Part shown: piece after piece, positions 1-13,719 of the stretch
How the letters are laid out: each line of letters opens with the position of its first letter
Position numbering within the stretch: the first letter of the stretch is position 1
Assembly (NCBI RefSeq): GCF_009914755.1
Contig: NC_060929.1
Strand: one strand, 5' to 3'
Origin: the human T2T-CHM13v2.0 reference genome, Homo sapiens
DNA: 64,000 bases
Position numbers and translations under genes: made by a program
The notes under the pieces: model-generated
The model's database searches: none
Told to the model about the DNA's origin: nothing
Seen by the model: only the letters and a program-made list of their open reading frames with translations

Positions 1-189
1 TGTAAATTATCATATAGTTATTATATAAATTGAAAGTGGCCAGTTCTACAAACAGATGCAATTAAAAGGTGCCTATATGATTTAAGACAACAAAGGCTTC
101 CCCCTCTTTCAACAACACTGTACTCTAAATATCTATTGTGTGGGCACATGATCCAGCTAGACAATTACGGAGCTCCTGCACATTTCCAT

Positions 190-525
190 GGTGGTGGGTC
201 TAGGAGTTGGTTTGTGACCAAGCATAGACAATAAAGTCTTCTTGATGTGTGGGCACTAGATGAGATCTTACTTCCGTTTGAATCGTGAGTCCGATGACAG
301 ATTTGTGCTGCGAGTAATTATCTTTCCTGCTATATAGGGAAAGGCTATATGAAAATGAAGCCAAGACATGGGGATAAGCATGAAATTGAGAGAAAGAAAG
401 TCTTGAGGGCAGAGCTCCTACATCTACATGCACCTTTGGATTCCCCAGTGACAGAAATGTTTTACCATTTTTTCCAAAAGCCAGTTTGAGTTAGATTTAT
501 TTTGCTTGCGATTGAAAGGGTATTA
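190..525 (+). mobile_element. Old MaLR LTR fragment (MLT1H/J-like)
   Basis: 3' end AAGCCAGTTTGAGTTAGATTT...TTGCTTGCGATTGAAAG resembles the MLT1 terminus; 5' boundary approximate. Confidence 0.5.
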
Positions 526-729
526 AAAACTTTAAAAGAATTCAGTCAGTCGCTGATGCTCGGTAACTTCCCTTGACAAAGCTTTTCTTTACGTCTCTTG
601 TATGCTTCCCAACCTGGGTACTCATGTAATATTGCAGATTTGGGATTGACAATAAAAAAAGATAAGATTAAAGATTTATATAAGTTATAGTTTTATTTAT
701 AATTCAGCCTGAAATTGGTTGCACAAAGA

Positions 730-1640
730 GTAAATGCTTTAGGATTTTAGAGAGGGGTAGATAACTGGGAGCAAATGTAATTCAAAGAAGGCTTCATGCA
801 GGAAGGAAACATGGACCTGTAATGAAGGGGAGGGGTTGAAGAATAGATGGTGAGGAAAGAGAAGAATATTGCAGGTGAGGAGAATAAGAGAAACAAAGGC
901 ACAGAGATGGGAGTGAGTCCAATGGAAAATGCCCTGGATAGAAGGATGAGGTTGTAATTGGGCTGGTAGGGAGGCGTCATTATATGACAAACAGATTTGG
1001 AAACCAGGCAAAAGACTTGTGATGTGGTGTGGTAGGAAATAGCAGCCCTTGAAAGTTGTGACCTGATAAAAGGGGTGTTTCGCAAATATTAGTGCTGCTG
1101 TGATATGAGAGAATGGCATAAGAAAGTCTTGTTAGGAGGCTATTTTCAGCGGTGCTATTTGAGGGAACAATATGAAAACTTGGATTTAAATTGAGGCAGT
1201 GAGAATGAAGACAGAGGTGAGAGGGTATAAAGACATTTAAAATGAAAAATAAAAATCCATAGGATATGATTGGGAGGATGAAGTGTGCTTGGAGATGGTT
1301 GACTCAGAGTTTTACATTCTTGGCGTCAGGATATATTCCTACTAAGTTGTAGGTAAAAGATTGGAATTGGATTCTAGGATGTAGTGAAAATGGGACTGGG
1401 CTTATCAATTGGGAGGAACTCCAAAGAGAAAATAGCAACCAGAGAAAGGATGATGAGAAGCAGAGAGGCCGAGAGAGGGAGAGAGACCCACATTCAAGCA
1501 ACATAGAAGCGGGCAGAGAGAGAGGCACAGGGCAAGGCAATGGCCAGAATTATGGGGCAGAAGAAGCAAGAAAAGTCAGAAAAGCAATAAAGAAGGAATG
1601 TTTAAAGAAATAGGATAGAGATCTACATACAATACTGTCA
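730..1640 (-). mobile_element. L2 LINE fragment
   Basis: Purine-rich antisense L2 motifs (GAAGGCTTCATGCAGGAAGG, AACAAAGGCACAGAGATGGGAG); appears to resume after 5510. Confidence 0.65.
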
Positions 1641-1904
1641 TCTTTAAAGAAGTGGTCCCCAAACTTTCATCATTAGTATTTCCTATAGTAGTAAAAATGT
1701 TTTGAGCCTGCACCAAAGGTATTTATTTATTTTAAATCACTTACATTTGTATTCTACTTATTCCTGATTAAATAACATACAAAAATTTGAGTTAAGGAAG
1801 AAATTAAAACATTAAATAATACTTTTACAATTCTAAAGCAAACATTTCCCTCCCACTAAAATAATAATAGTAAGAATAATATTAATATTTTTAGTAAAAG
1901 CATT

Positions 1905-3440
1905 GCAGTTTAAATTTTTATAATAGAATTTTCAAAGATAAAAATAAATAGAGGTAATACTATAATTACCCTCCATGGAACCATCATCCAACTTTAAAAA
2001 TCTATAACATTTTGTCAATCTTGTTCATTTACCCATCCTTACTACTTGATTTTTTGTAGGGGGTCTAGAGTATTATAGAGCAAACTCTAGACATCATTTT
2101 ACCTATAAATATTTCAAGATGTATCTTTAATTTGTAATAAATTTTAAAAATAAACACAATGTTATATCACACCTAAAATTAGCAATAATTTCTTAATATC
2201 GAATACCAGTCCATATTCAAATTTCCCTAATTGTCTCAAAACATTTTTTAGAGTTGGTATATGTCCAAACCAAGATCCAAGCAAGATCCACTTAGTGTTT
2301 AGTTGTTGTGTCCTGTCTCTTTTAATTTACAAAAGCTTTATCTTAAATATATATATATTTCATTTGTTGTAGAAACCAGGTCATATTTTCTATAGAATAT
2401 CTCATGTTTGGATATGAATTATTGCTTCTTTATGTTTTGCTTAATTTGTTTCTCTAGCTCCTTATTTGCTATAAACCAATAGTTAGATCTAGAAGTTGTG
2501 TCTTTTACTATTGGAATATACCAGAAGATACATATCTATTGACCCACTTTTAATGGTCATTTTAGATTTTAAGATTTATCAGTAGGCTTATGTATTTGAA
2601 ACCTTATTCTATTCATCTGTTATAAAGAACTATTTTACCTAATGATTTTAGTATCCATTGATGTCCATTGCTTAGATACATTATTTTGGGGGTGGGGGGA
2701 TTGTAAATTGTAACTTAAAAAAATTCTATTCCTCCTTCTGAATTTACAAACTAGAAATCTTCTATAAAAAGAATCATTTGTCAACTACTGGTCATCCCAA
2801 AATACGGTTCATATAAGAAAGATAGAACATTGTTTGATAATTTCCCTTTGTCATTTTTTCAGAAAATTGAGGTTTTTAAAAAAATTATTTAATATCATGA
2901 TGAAGTATAAATTCATGGATTTTTATATATTTTATGTTTTAATAAACTTTAGTTGTTATTATATTTGGTGCTCAAAATTATCACATTGCTGGTGAAGCAG
3001 CCTCTCCAATTTGGCTACTAAGTCTTTTTATTAAAACTCATTAGTCTTTACTACCTTTTTTACTGTTGTCTCCAAACATAGCACCCAACATCAACAAGGT
3101 GGCCAAGTTCATCTTGTATATATTCTGCTCCAGACCTTCAAGCAGCATTTTTCCAAGGATCATTGATCCTTTTTAGTGGGCAACTGTATTTAGAAATCAC
3201 AAGCTGTGCAGTAAGGGTGTTTACTGCTACTGGATTATTAATTCTTCTGGGATTTTTTTACTGGGAGAAGCTATAAGTGTGTGAGTGTATGTGTGTGTAT
3301 GAAAGAAAAAAGTAACTTGTAAATACATGTTATTTCTAATTCTAATGTAAAAGTAGAGGGTTTTTATTTACATCTTTGGTTATATAATTTCTCCTGCTGA
3401 AAATCTTGATTATGAATGGAATTAACCTAATTAAAAGCTT
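1905..3440 (-). mobile_element. Old L1M (L1MC4/5-like) 3' fragment
   Basis: Antisense L1MC 3'UTR motifs (ATCTATAACATTTTGTCAATCTTG, CCAAACCAAGATCCAAGCAAGATCCAC, CATTTTTCCAAGGA...TTTTAGTGGG). Confidence 0.7.
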
Positions 3441-3982
3441 TTAAATTTTGGTTTACATTTATGAATCACATAGTAGTATCATAATTCCAAGGTCTGGCCA
3501 TGGGTTCCTTTAATTTAATACTTGGTTCTAGTGGTGTTCACGTGAAAAATATATGAAGAACTAAGCAAAATCTTTAATGATACACTTAATAATCTATTGT
3601 TCAAATTTTTCAATCCTATCCACCAATTACAAAGTTATTTGTTAAAGTTCAGTTTGTAAGTTTACTTTGTCCCCAATGTTAACAAAATTGTCAACAAATT
3701 GTGCGCTCTATGTCATATTCCATATGTATACATATATTCTATATATATGTATTCACATAAAACATACGAACACATTTATTTCGAAGACTTTAAACACATT
3801 AAAATTATATTTTCAATTATTTTTAGAGTGCAGATGTAAAAGTGTGTGTAAGTGATATACTTACAATATTTTGGGCACCAAAATCATATAGTGATTTCAC
3901 ACATAATTATATAATAATTTCTAAATTTCAGTTTCAATATGCTTTCACCATAGCATATATTTCCTTTGAAAACAGCTGATTC

Positions 3983-4810
3983 ATTTTTCTTTTTCTTTTT
4001 CTTTCAACTTCTATTTTAGATTTGGGGGTACATGTGCAGGTTTGCTACCTGAGTATATTGTGTGATGCTGAGGTTTGAGGCACAAATGATCCTGTCAGCC
4101 AGGTACTGAGCATAGCACCAAACAGTTAGTTTTTCAGTGCTTGTCCCCCTTCCACCCTCCCTCTCTCCTCTAGTAGTTCCCAGTGTCTATTGTTCCCATG
4201 TTTATATCCATGAATACCTGATGTTTAGCTCCCACTTTGTAAGTGAGAACATGTGGTATTTGGTTTTCTGTTCCTGTGTTATTCTGTTCCTGTGTTAATT
4301 TGCTTAGGATAACAGCCTCTGGTTGCATCCACGTTGCTGCAAAGGACATGATTTCATTCTTTTTTATGGCTGCATAGTATTCTATGTGGTATATTACCAC
4401 ATTTTCTTTATCCAATCCACTGTTGACGGGCACCTAGGGTGATTCCATGACTTTGCCATTGTGAATAGTATTGTGGTGAACATAAGAGTGCATGTGTCTT
4501 TTAGGTAGCACTATTTGCTTTCTTTTGGATATATACCCAGGAATGGGATTGATGGGTTGAATGGTAGTTCTGCTTTAAGTTATTTGAGAAATCTCCAAAG
4601 GGCTTTTCACAGCGGCAGAACTGATTTACATTCCTACCAATAGCATGTAAGTATTCCCTTTCCTCCACAGCCTACCCAACATCTGTTGTTTTTTTGACTT
4701 TTTAATAGTAGTCATTCTGACTGGTGTGAGATGGTATCTCACTGTGGTTTTGATTTGCATTTCTCTGATGATTTACTGATGATTAGCATTTTTTCATGTT
4801 TGTTGGCTGA
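3983..4810 (-). mobile_element. 5'-truncated L1PA15/16-like element
   Basis: T-rich tail, GGGGGTACATGTGCAGGTTTG, TGATGCTGAGGTTTG; ORF2 C-terminal remnant (ORF 4170-4433, EYYAAIKKNEIMSFAATWM); degenerate TSD GAAAACAGCTGATTC (3968-3982)/GAAAGCAGCTAATTT (4811-4825). Confidence 0.9.
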
Positions 4811-5509
4811 GAAAGCAGCTAATTTCTTACTCATTATTTAGAAGCCACTTTTAACCACTGAAGTTTTTATTTCTTATCTCTGTAGTTATATTATCATCAG
4901 CAAATTGTCATTACAAAAAAGATCAACTAATATGAAACACTTGCCTCTTTGTAAAATAAAATCTCATTAACAATAATGGAAATAAGTCCATATTTCAAGT
5001 AGTCCTCTTCATGATATTTTAATCGCTCTCTTTGTTGGATCTTATTAGGTTTATATATTAATTTTGTTATGTGGTACAAAAAATAGTTGAAACTAAAAGT
5101 AGAAATGTCTTCTTTGCCATTTCCTTATTTCCTGTTTTATAAACATTGCTTCTTTTTCAACCTGTGGTTTCTTATAAGAAATGTTTTTAAGGTACTTATA
5201 TTTTTTGTGAGGTTTAGTTTATGTTAAAAACATGATACCATCTATAAATCTACCTTGATAGGCACACAAATTATAGTTTTTGTAATATGGTGGAAAAGAG
5301 TAATTGCATGTGAGTAGCATGATAGCTTCATACTTGCTGTGTGTATAGACTTACACACATATGATATTTTTATATTAAATATCGATGCCTACTTCCTTTA
5401 ATGTTATTATAGAATACAATATATTAATAGAAATTCTAATATTTTTCCCATGCTGCAACTGACTATTTCTTACTTCTTGGGTGCGTATACCCTGCACTGG
5501 AGATTCCTC

Positions 5510-6260
5510 CTTGAAGGATGAGACACCTTCAAAAAGAAGAGAAGTTTTAGTAGCTGGTTGATGATGAAAGTCAGAGTCCAGTGAGTTAACGAGAGAATCA
5601 GAAATGGGGCAGAAGATTTTAGATGACTTGTGGCAATGAAGGAGGAAGAGGAAAAATAAAACTGTATGGTACTTGGAGAAAATAAAATGTAGAAAATTCC
5701 TCCCATGACAAGCTTAGGGAGATTTCTGCATTTGGAGATTGAAGGTAAAGAGAACATGTAGACTGTGGATTATCAAATAAAAGGTTAGCAGAGGAAAGAA
5801 GAGGGAGAAGAGGATTGTGTTAAGATCTGTGGAGAAAAGAGTTTACCTTTCATGACTCAGAGAGGCATGTTGGAGAAGCAGACCAAGAAGAAAGCAAGCT
5901 TGCAACTTAACAACAATAGCAGCAGCAAGAACAACAACAATAATAAATTTCCTTTGGCTTTGCATTCTTCAGATAAAATCAGTGGTGAATAAAATTTTTA
6001 TGGAGAGTAGAAACACAATGACCATTTTGGGTAGGGAATGACATGAGTGAAGCTGGTGGAAGGAAGAATGAACTGGCCACAGACAATGTGTAGGATGATA
6101 GAATGAAAAGGGAGAAACGAGTTTGCACAAGCTCAGAAAAAAGATATTTAAAAAACCCAAACAAACATGATAACAGGAGAAGAAATGGTGAAGGTGGGAG
6201 ATTTTGGCTGCAGCAAAGAGTGACTTTAGTGGCCGATAATGCTTGGAAGAGTGCAGTCGA
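5510..6260 (-). mobile_element. L2 LINE continuation
   Basis: Purine-rich decayed sequence continuing the 730-1640 fragment beyond the Charlie element. Confidence 0.45.
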
Positions 6261-9200
6261 ATATGATTTTTCCTTTATGTGTCGTATTTATCCTCATTGG
6301 TCTGGATATCTGCTTTTCTGAAGCACACCAATGAGGGTGTGACCTCAGGGATATTCATTCAGATTCCAGGCCTTCTCTAGCAGAACTACACAAAGGCTAA
6401 GAATATGTTGTAACCATAAATTCTCATTTGTATTCCTAATGAACATGTTTTGAAGGACACTTTTACCAGCTAATGTTTTTTCAATCTTATTCTAAACTCA
6501 TCTATCCAACTTCCTCATGAAATGTTTACGCCATAGTATTTAAGTTCGTGGGTTGGATGAGACATAATCTAGATGACACAAAATCTAACCAGCTATTTAC
6601 ATGATCACAAACAAGCACTGGAATCAGGGAAGTTACCTTATGTTAACATTAAAGTAGCTTGCCAGCAGAGCCCAATATACAATAGCAGTGTATCTATTTT
6701 CTTTTCAGTAGTTGATGGATTTTGAAATTTGTCCTTGGCTTCAAGGATTATTGTCAGAGTCCAAAGGTGAACTTATCTATTATTTCCATTAGTGTTTGGG
6801 TGATACATGGCAGCAGGCGTTGGGAGAAAGACAGAATGCCTATTGAACTCTCTGAGATGCTGCTGAGTCTAATGGCATAACCTATTTTTTTTATTAGAAT
6901 GTAAAAAACATACTCATATCCAAATACAACAGCTAAGAAGCAGAACGCTTCTTACCGGTGCAGATTCTTACTGAAGGGAGTGAGAGGACAGTGCGCTTTT
7001 AAAAATACATTGTTCTCTAAATTAATAATGACTTTATATTCAGCTTTAAATAAATTATATTTTCAGAATAGTCAAAACCTATGAAGTTAGTTTCATTTGT
7101 CCTTGAGGCTTTCCAGTTTTTAATAATTGGAGTTGAATTCATTTTGGGATCTGTTAATTTAAGTTCTAATGGTCAAATAATTATTACATTGGAAAATCAA
7201 GAGTCCTGCATCTTCATTATATTTTCACCAGTGATTTACTCACTAACCTTGAGAATTCACTTCAGCTCATTTGCCATATGTAATCTCTCTTTTCCTGTCA
7301 AACTTTGTTAATGAGGATCATTTCCATAGAACTCCTAGAAGGTTTAGAAGATAAATGGAGTTTGGGTTGAAATGAGAAGCATATTTTTTGCTGATAAAGA
7401 TTTCTGTAGTGGCTTTGAGTATGTACCAAATATCATTTGCATAGAATTGCAATGAGCTAGGTAGCCATATTTGTTCTCATGGTTACTTTTCTTCAAAAAA
7501 AAAAAAAAGCTGAAGTGTTTCCTGTATATATTTCTAGCAGTCCTATAAAATGAGATGTGATTCTCTTTGAAATGAGGAAAAGGATAAACTTATAGATTAC
7601 TTATGAGCTTTCAAAGAATCCTCATGCTCTATTCCTGACATGAGTTCTTGTGGTTTTATTCTTATTGGGTTCAGAAATAAAATGTTCAAATTTATCCTGT
7701 CAAAAGATTTCTTGGGCACTGAGATAAGAGCAAGGTTGAGTCTCTTATCAGTGGGTCTTGTCATATAGCTCTATGGTACACTTAAGTTAGCTGATGGCAG
7801 TCTGTTATTTATGATGATGGTTTGCCTTGTGTTTGTGCAGCATTTTATGAATTAGCCAAGTTTTTTTTTTGGCATTTTTAAAATGGGCTTTGAAATGGAC
7901 TTAGATAAAAAATTGGTGAAAATAGTTCCTCAATGTGTGGTTTTTTTGCTTTCTTTTATTGAAAGGGTTTAGAAATGACTTCCCTCAATATCTGGTTGGG
8001 GAAATTTCAGACTATGCTTACAAGTCAAAGGAAATGTCTCTCAGCATAAATTGTGTCACTAGGATTTAAAGGTCTATTTCTAATATATTATTTAGAGCAC
8101 TTAAAAACTTTATCAAAGTCAAATCAAATCTAAGGGGGAAAATGCAAGAGCTTACTTTGATAATACTGAATCTAAGAGAAGAAGGCTTAGGGCAAATAGA
8201 CAACAGGTTTAGTTTGGTGATTCAAAACATTTTTAATATCACAACTCTACATTTATACTCACACATGCCACATTAATCCTTCTTATACTGTTGTAGTTAG
8301 TCATGAGAATGCTTGGCCTTCAGCTTGATGTGCTATTTTCTTCAAAAACGCTCTTTCTTGGAGACCCTTTTTGATGTTACTGTCTTCAAATGTCCAGATG
8401 TCTTAGATTTTTCATTACATCTTGATTGTTCTCCTCTCAAGTGTAAGTTTGTTGGTCATTTACTGACTTCACAAGTCCTTTTATTTTCATGATCATTGCT
8501 TTGACATGAAATAAGCCACTCAGAATTCTGAGACTTTTCTATAATTAAGCCCTTCTGATTAGATAGGCTGGACTTTTAATCTATACTCCCTTGTTATCTA
8601 GGCCTGCTACAGCTCTTTTAAAAGTTGGTCTTATATATGATACCATATAAAACAACACTTCTATTCTGAAACTGATTCAGTTTTTAACTTACAGTATTTC
8701 TAATGTATAGTATTTCATACTTACTCTTTTATCTTTCTTGTGAACAGACTCAGACTCTAACTTACACTTATTAATTGTCGTTTATATGTCAGGCCCTGTA
8801 TCTGACAGTAGAAATAAAAAGAAATTAGAGCATCTAACCTCAAAGAGTTCACAGTCAAGTATACTCCACTTTGCTTTCTGTATCTCCAAGATGTGTAGGA
8901 AAACATCTAAGCAATTTTTACCTGCACAGCAGCTCAACAGAAGACAATTGTGTAGGGGAATCCTCACATTCTAATTTTAGCTTACTTATGCTTTTCTGCT
9001 GAGATTTTATTTTGCAGGACACGGAGTAAATGAGCCTGTCTAATACTTCCTAAGGATTCTCTTTTTTGAAGGGAAATGCTTCACACAAACAATCAGCTAC
9101 ACACCTAAAAGCCATAACCTTATGGAAAGGGATTAGTCATAATTGTCAAGTCTGTTCCTCTAATTTGGTGGCATATTCAGAGGCTCATCGGAGATTGTTC

Positions 9201-9952
9201 AGAAATCCTGGAGGGGATCAGTTAGACCATTTTTTTTAGCAAAGGGAGTCTCTGCTGAGCAGGCTGTAGATATCTCATAAAAATCAGAGGGGATAGAATT
9301 GTTCTTGGTTTTTTTAAGAATGAGAAAAGGGTACTGTTATAAGAAAAACATACAGACTCCAGGTAGACTAGTGCCATATGCAAATAGTGAGGACCAGGAG
9401 GCAGCTAGAACATCACAAGGAGCCCCATAGCCCTTCCTTTCCCCCACAACCCCATTGGTGGACTTTTCTAAGGAAGGCAAATCGATGAAGCATGGGGTGT
9501 GGAATGGGGAAGTTTACAGTGTAGTGGGGCTGGCTGTTGAATGTCAGCTGTGCCAACCTCTCTCAGGCAGTACCCCACCCAGAATCCCCACTATTTTTAT
9601 AGAATAGAAACCCTATTCTCCACAAATGAAAGAAAAGTCTTAGAAAACTCTCTTATATATAATTTTCTTATGAAAATAAAACAGTTTCTGGTACTTAAGT
9701 TACACCAGAGAATTCCCAAAGTGTCCAACATGCTCAGCTCAAAAGAGGCTTTCCCTTTCCCAGATGGATGCAGCCACATTTGTGTGACTTAACCAGGATG
9801 AGACAGAAATAATTACCCCTCTTATATATCACTGTAGTGGCTTAAGGAGAGGGCCCATGGGTCCCCACCTCTGGTGCAGCTAGATAGTCATGAAGCCTCC
9901 AATCACCTCCACCCTGAGATAGGTATCTTCCACATTTAGCAATTCAAGCTTC

Positions 9953-10666
9953 TGCAGCCACCCAATGGATTCATTTTGCTTGCTGTCCAGATAGAGCTGA
10001 TTTACCAAGACAGGGGAATTGCAATAGAGAGAGTTTAATTCACGCAGAGCCAGCTGAACAGGAGACTGGAGTTTTATTATTACTCAAATCAGCCTTTCTA
10101 AACATTTGGAGGCTAGAGTTTTTCAAGGATATTTTGGTGGACAAGAGAATGGGTGCTGCTTGTTGGTTGGAGATACAATATAGGGGTGTGGAGAATGGTC
10201 CTCTTATGAGCTGAGTCATGCTTCTGGATGGGGCCACAGAACAGTTGTTGGTGGGTCTGAGTGGAGCCATTTGTCAGCAGAAATGCAAAAACATGAAAAG
10301 ACATCTCAAAAGGCCAATCTTATGTTCTACAATAGTGATGTTAACTGCAGGAGTAATTGGGGAAATTACAAATCTTGTGACCTACAGAATATACACTGGT
10401 AGTCATTTCTGTCTACACCTTAGCAGGGTTCAGGCTCTTCTCATCCTCTTAACCAGATGGTCTTTCATTAGCTTTCCAAAGACAGTTAAGTTTTGGGGAA
10501 GAGCCATTGTCATTTAAACTAAATTTCTCCCAAAGTTAACGTGGCCCAAGCCCAGAAATAACTAAGGGCAGTTTGGAGGTTAAAGGCAAGACAGGATTTG
10601 GTTAGATCAGATCTCTTTCACTGTCATAATTTTCTCATAGTTATAATTTTTGCAAAGGCAGTTTCA
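9953..10666 (-). mobile_element. Solo ERV1 LTR, LTR8A-like
   Basis: Minus strand begins TGAAACTGCCTTTGCAAAAATTATAAC...ATGACAGTGAAAGAGATC and ends in CA; 4-bp TSD CTTC/CTTA. Confidence 0.85.
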
Positions 10667-11699
10667 CTTAAGTTTAAGATTGTGTTTTCCTCTTCCTTTG
10701 TCTTTATCATTTACCCCCACTGTTCTAGGCAACTGCTCTTAGCTCTAGTGCCCCTTCCTCAGGGATGGGATTTTCTGAGTCCTTGCCATGGTTTTCCTGT
10801 TTTCAGGGAAATCCAACCTGAGATGCTAGGCTGGCTCTGGGAGAAGTATCCAAGGCCAGGGAGGGAGAGGCGGTAGGAAATGAGGACTTCATAGTGCAGT
10901 TTTCTTGTATATTTTTAGAAATCCCCTTGGCTTTTCAGGCCAAAGTGCTGCTGTACCATATCAGCCTTTACTCCTTCCTGTACTAATTAGTATTGAGTTC
11001 TCTCTATCAGAGAAGTCTGTGGAGCTGACTGTGCAGTTCCTCCCATAGCATATCATCACTGTTGCCAGTTTTCACCAGATGATTTTTCTTCAGCTCAGTA
11101 ATTAGTTCTCTGTGTTTGTAGAAAATGGTTTGGGGATGGTGGAATCAGAGAGATGACCTTTGTCTGTGTTGTGGAGAGACTGCCTTCCTGGTGGTTCAAA
11201 GACGAGGAGAAAAAATGTTCAGAAATTTTGGCCTTGGTTTCATGGAAGTCAGATTCATCATGGCTGTGTCACTTGTTTTTCTAAATAATAAAACCATTTA
11301 GGCATACTTTTCGTATATTTTTTTAACAAGTATCTTGCTTTGTTTATAAAATAAGAAGTCCTATAAATGTGCAAATGATATTATACTTGGGAAATAAATG
11401 GATGTGCTAGGTACACTCTATTGAGGCCCATTTATCATGCTGCTAACTTTTGGAGTAGGTTAAAAATACCCAAATGATTCTAGCTGAATTGTGTTATCAG
11501 TCTTTCACTTATTGAAAATAATGCATTTAAAATTACACATTTTTCAAACAGTTATTATTTGTTATGTCCTGTGCTACCCATGAGAGTCATTTAGCTTGGG
11601 CAAAACTTTTAACTTCTCTTTGCTACATTTTTTCCTTTCACAAACTAAACACAATTTTGTGATAATTAAATGAAGAAATGACACTCCAACATCTGGACA

Positions 11700-12030
11700 T
11701 AAAATAGAATAATCAAAATTAGGGGCACAATGAAAAGAGCTAAGAGATTTCAGAAGCTGAAGATGTAGAGGGATGGGCATAGGGAAAGGTTTTGTAGAAG
11801 AACTGTTTTTGTGCTGGACCTTGGAAATAGTTTGGTCATGTCAAGATGGGGGAAAGGTACCAATGGAATATGAGTGCTGAGAAACAGGACTGGGGAGTGT
11901 AGTTAGTTGGGCTAAAGGATGGTAGGACATAAGCACTGAAAAGGGAAGCTTAAACCAGATTATGGAGAGATTTGGATGCCAAACTAAGAAACATGGATTT
12001 TGATTCAGAGATGGTATTTGATAAAATTGT
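11700..12030 (-). mobile_element. L2 fragment
   Basis: CCAGATTATGGAGAGATTTGGATGCCAAACTAAGAAACATGGATTTTGATTC, typical antisense L2. Confidence 0.55.
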
Positions 12031-13239
12031 CTTCAAGAGCTAAGTTAGATTTTCCTCTCTATGAGCTGAACTAAAGCAACCTGTCACAGGGTGTGCAGGG
12101 GTTATCTGGCACAATTCTGATCCACAGTGATTCTTCTTATGACCTATTTAGCTTGGGAGAGATGTGCCAGGAAGAAATACATTTCTTTCTCTCATTACCC
12201 AAGGATAAGTTCTCACTGTGGCAAGACCCCTGGGTTGGGAGATGATTCTACATCATGTTTATTAGGTCCCATTAACACTACACCATATTAGTTGTTATAC
12301 AAAGCACTTCCAGCAAGGCTGGTTTACAGAAATGTCAAGTCCCTGCTATTATCCACATGAAGACCCTCCTTCCTGGCCCTGCACACAATCACTGCCTTTC
12401 TGTGAGTAAGCAGATGCTATGACTGGGCTTTGTGCTATGACTTTCCCTTGCTGGAGCACAACAGCAGATTAGGTTAGCAGTCTTATTGGCCCTGCAGAAG
12501 ATAAGAATCCAGACACAGACTCATAGTAAAACGCCATAGCGTCCAATTGTCTTTGCCTTGGCTGATTTAAGGCTATTGACCCACTTTGTCCCCATTTTAT
12601 AGGAACATGAATTTATTGTTGATCTTCCATGTGGACATATGCTTTTCTCTTATAATCAAGGTGACATAAATCCCAAAGAGAGTGAAATTTATTCTTTTAA
12701 GAGAAGTTATAGAAATTATAATATAACTTTCCATGAACTAATCTGCAATTCTAATTTGCAGACAGGAAATATTAGATGACATCGTCAGTCTTCCAGCCAA
12801 GGGACAATTATTCAATGTTTACTTCAAAGCTTGGTTGACTACAGGCTTTAAACAATTGCACAGTCATCAAACATTCTGTGCTGAGGACTGTGTCCCTTTC
12901 TGTCACTATTGATGGATTTCTCTGTCAGCATCAAGATTTGCTTGTGCCAGACCCTAAGGTAGAGGCTGGTAATTTCATGATGACTTCCAGGCCCTGTGTG
13001 ATATAGTAAGCTTTCAGCAGAGGTAGCTCTTAGGCTGGAGAACTATAGAGTAATGAATATACTTGACATTCAACAAATATTTCTGGGTAACTACCATAAG
13101 CCAAACATTTAAGTGCTAAACCATATTGTAATGGCCTATGAAATTTGGATTCCTTTTTAAAGTCAAATATTCACATATAAATACCTTTTTAAACAGAATC
13201 ATAGATTTAGAAGTGGTTTTAATATTCATGAGACAGCAT

Positions 13240-13715
13240 TCACCACGAGGCATTCCCTGCCTACCCACCTCTCTATCCAATATTGCAGTTCTAGCCTGAG
13301 AACTCTCTCTCCAGTCCATATATCCTGGATTTTGTTCAATTCTTCATAGATACCAAGAAATGGCCTTCCTCAAATCTTGCACATTGTTTCTTTTCCTGGA
13401 GTGCTCTTGCCTATCTGCCTTCTACCAGCTACACCAGCTAACCCCTATTCTACATTTAGGCTGCAGCTTTACTGCAGCTCCCCTGAGGAAGCATTCCCTG
13501 ATCTCCCAAGACTCATATCTCTTTAATGTATGTTCTTTGATCCCCTTGTTTTATATTCTTAAATATTTTTTCCTCTTTCAGAACTTTATACACCTATAAC
13601 AATTTGTTTTAAATCTGCCATCTGCATTAGACTATTATCTCCATGAGAGCAGATGCTTTGCTTGCAGAACTATCTCAGTTATAGCATATAGCAGATTTTC
13701 AAAAGCTATTTAATG
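13240..13715 (+). mobile_element. L2 3' fragment
   Basis: Pyrimidine-rich; GGAAGCATTCCCTGATCTCCC, TTAGACTATTATCTCCATGAGAGCAGA. Confidence 0.6.
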
Positions 13716-13719
13716 TTTG

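Larger units (their letters stand above)
1650..5509 (-). mobile_element. hAT-Charlie DNA transposon remnant (Charlie7-like), interrupted by two L1 insertions
   Basis: Degenerate ends AAGTGGTCCCCAAACTT and GGAGATTCCTC; 8-bp TSD-like CTTTAAAG (1642-1649)/CTTGAAGG (5510-5517); minus strand of 4981-5022 translates LKYHEEDYLKYGLI, similar to the Charlie transposase N-terminus. Confidence 0.65.

Noticed and set aside
739-1540. Minus-strand ORFs of 78-126 aa
   Set aside because: Pyrimidine-rich L2 strand giving low-complexity S/L/P/F peptides
4170-4433. 87-aa ORF resembling L1 ORF2p C-terminus
   Set aside because: Frameshifted fragment of a truncated L1, not a gene
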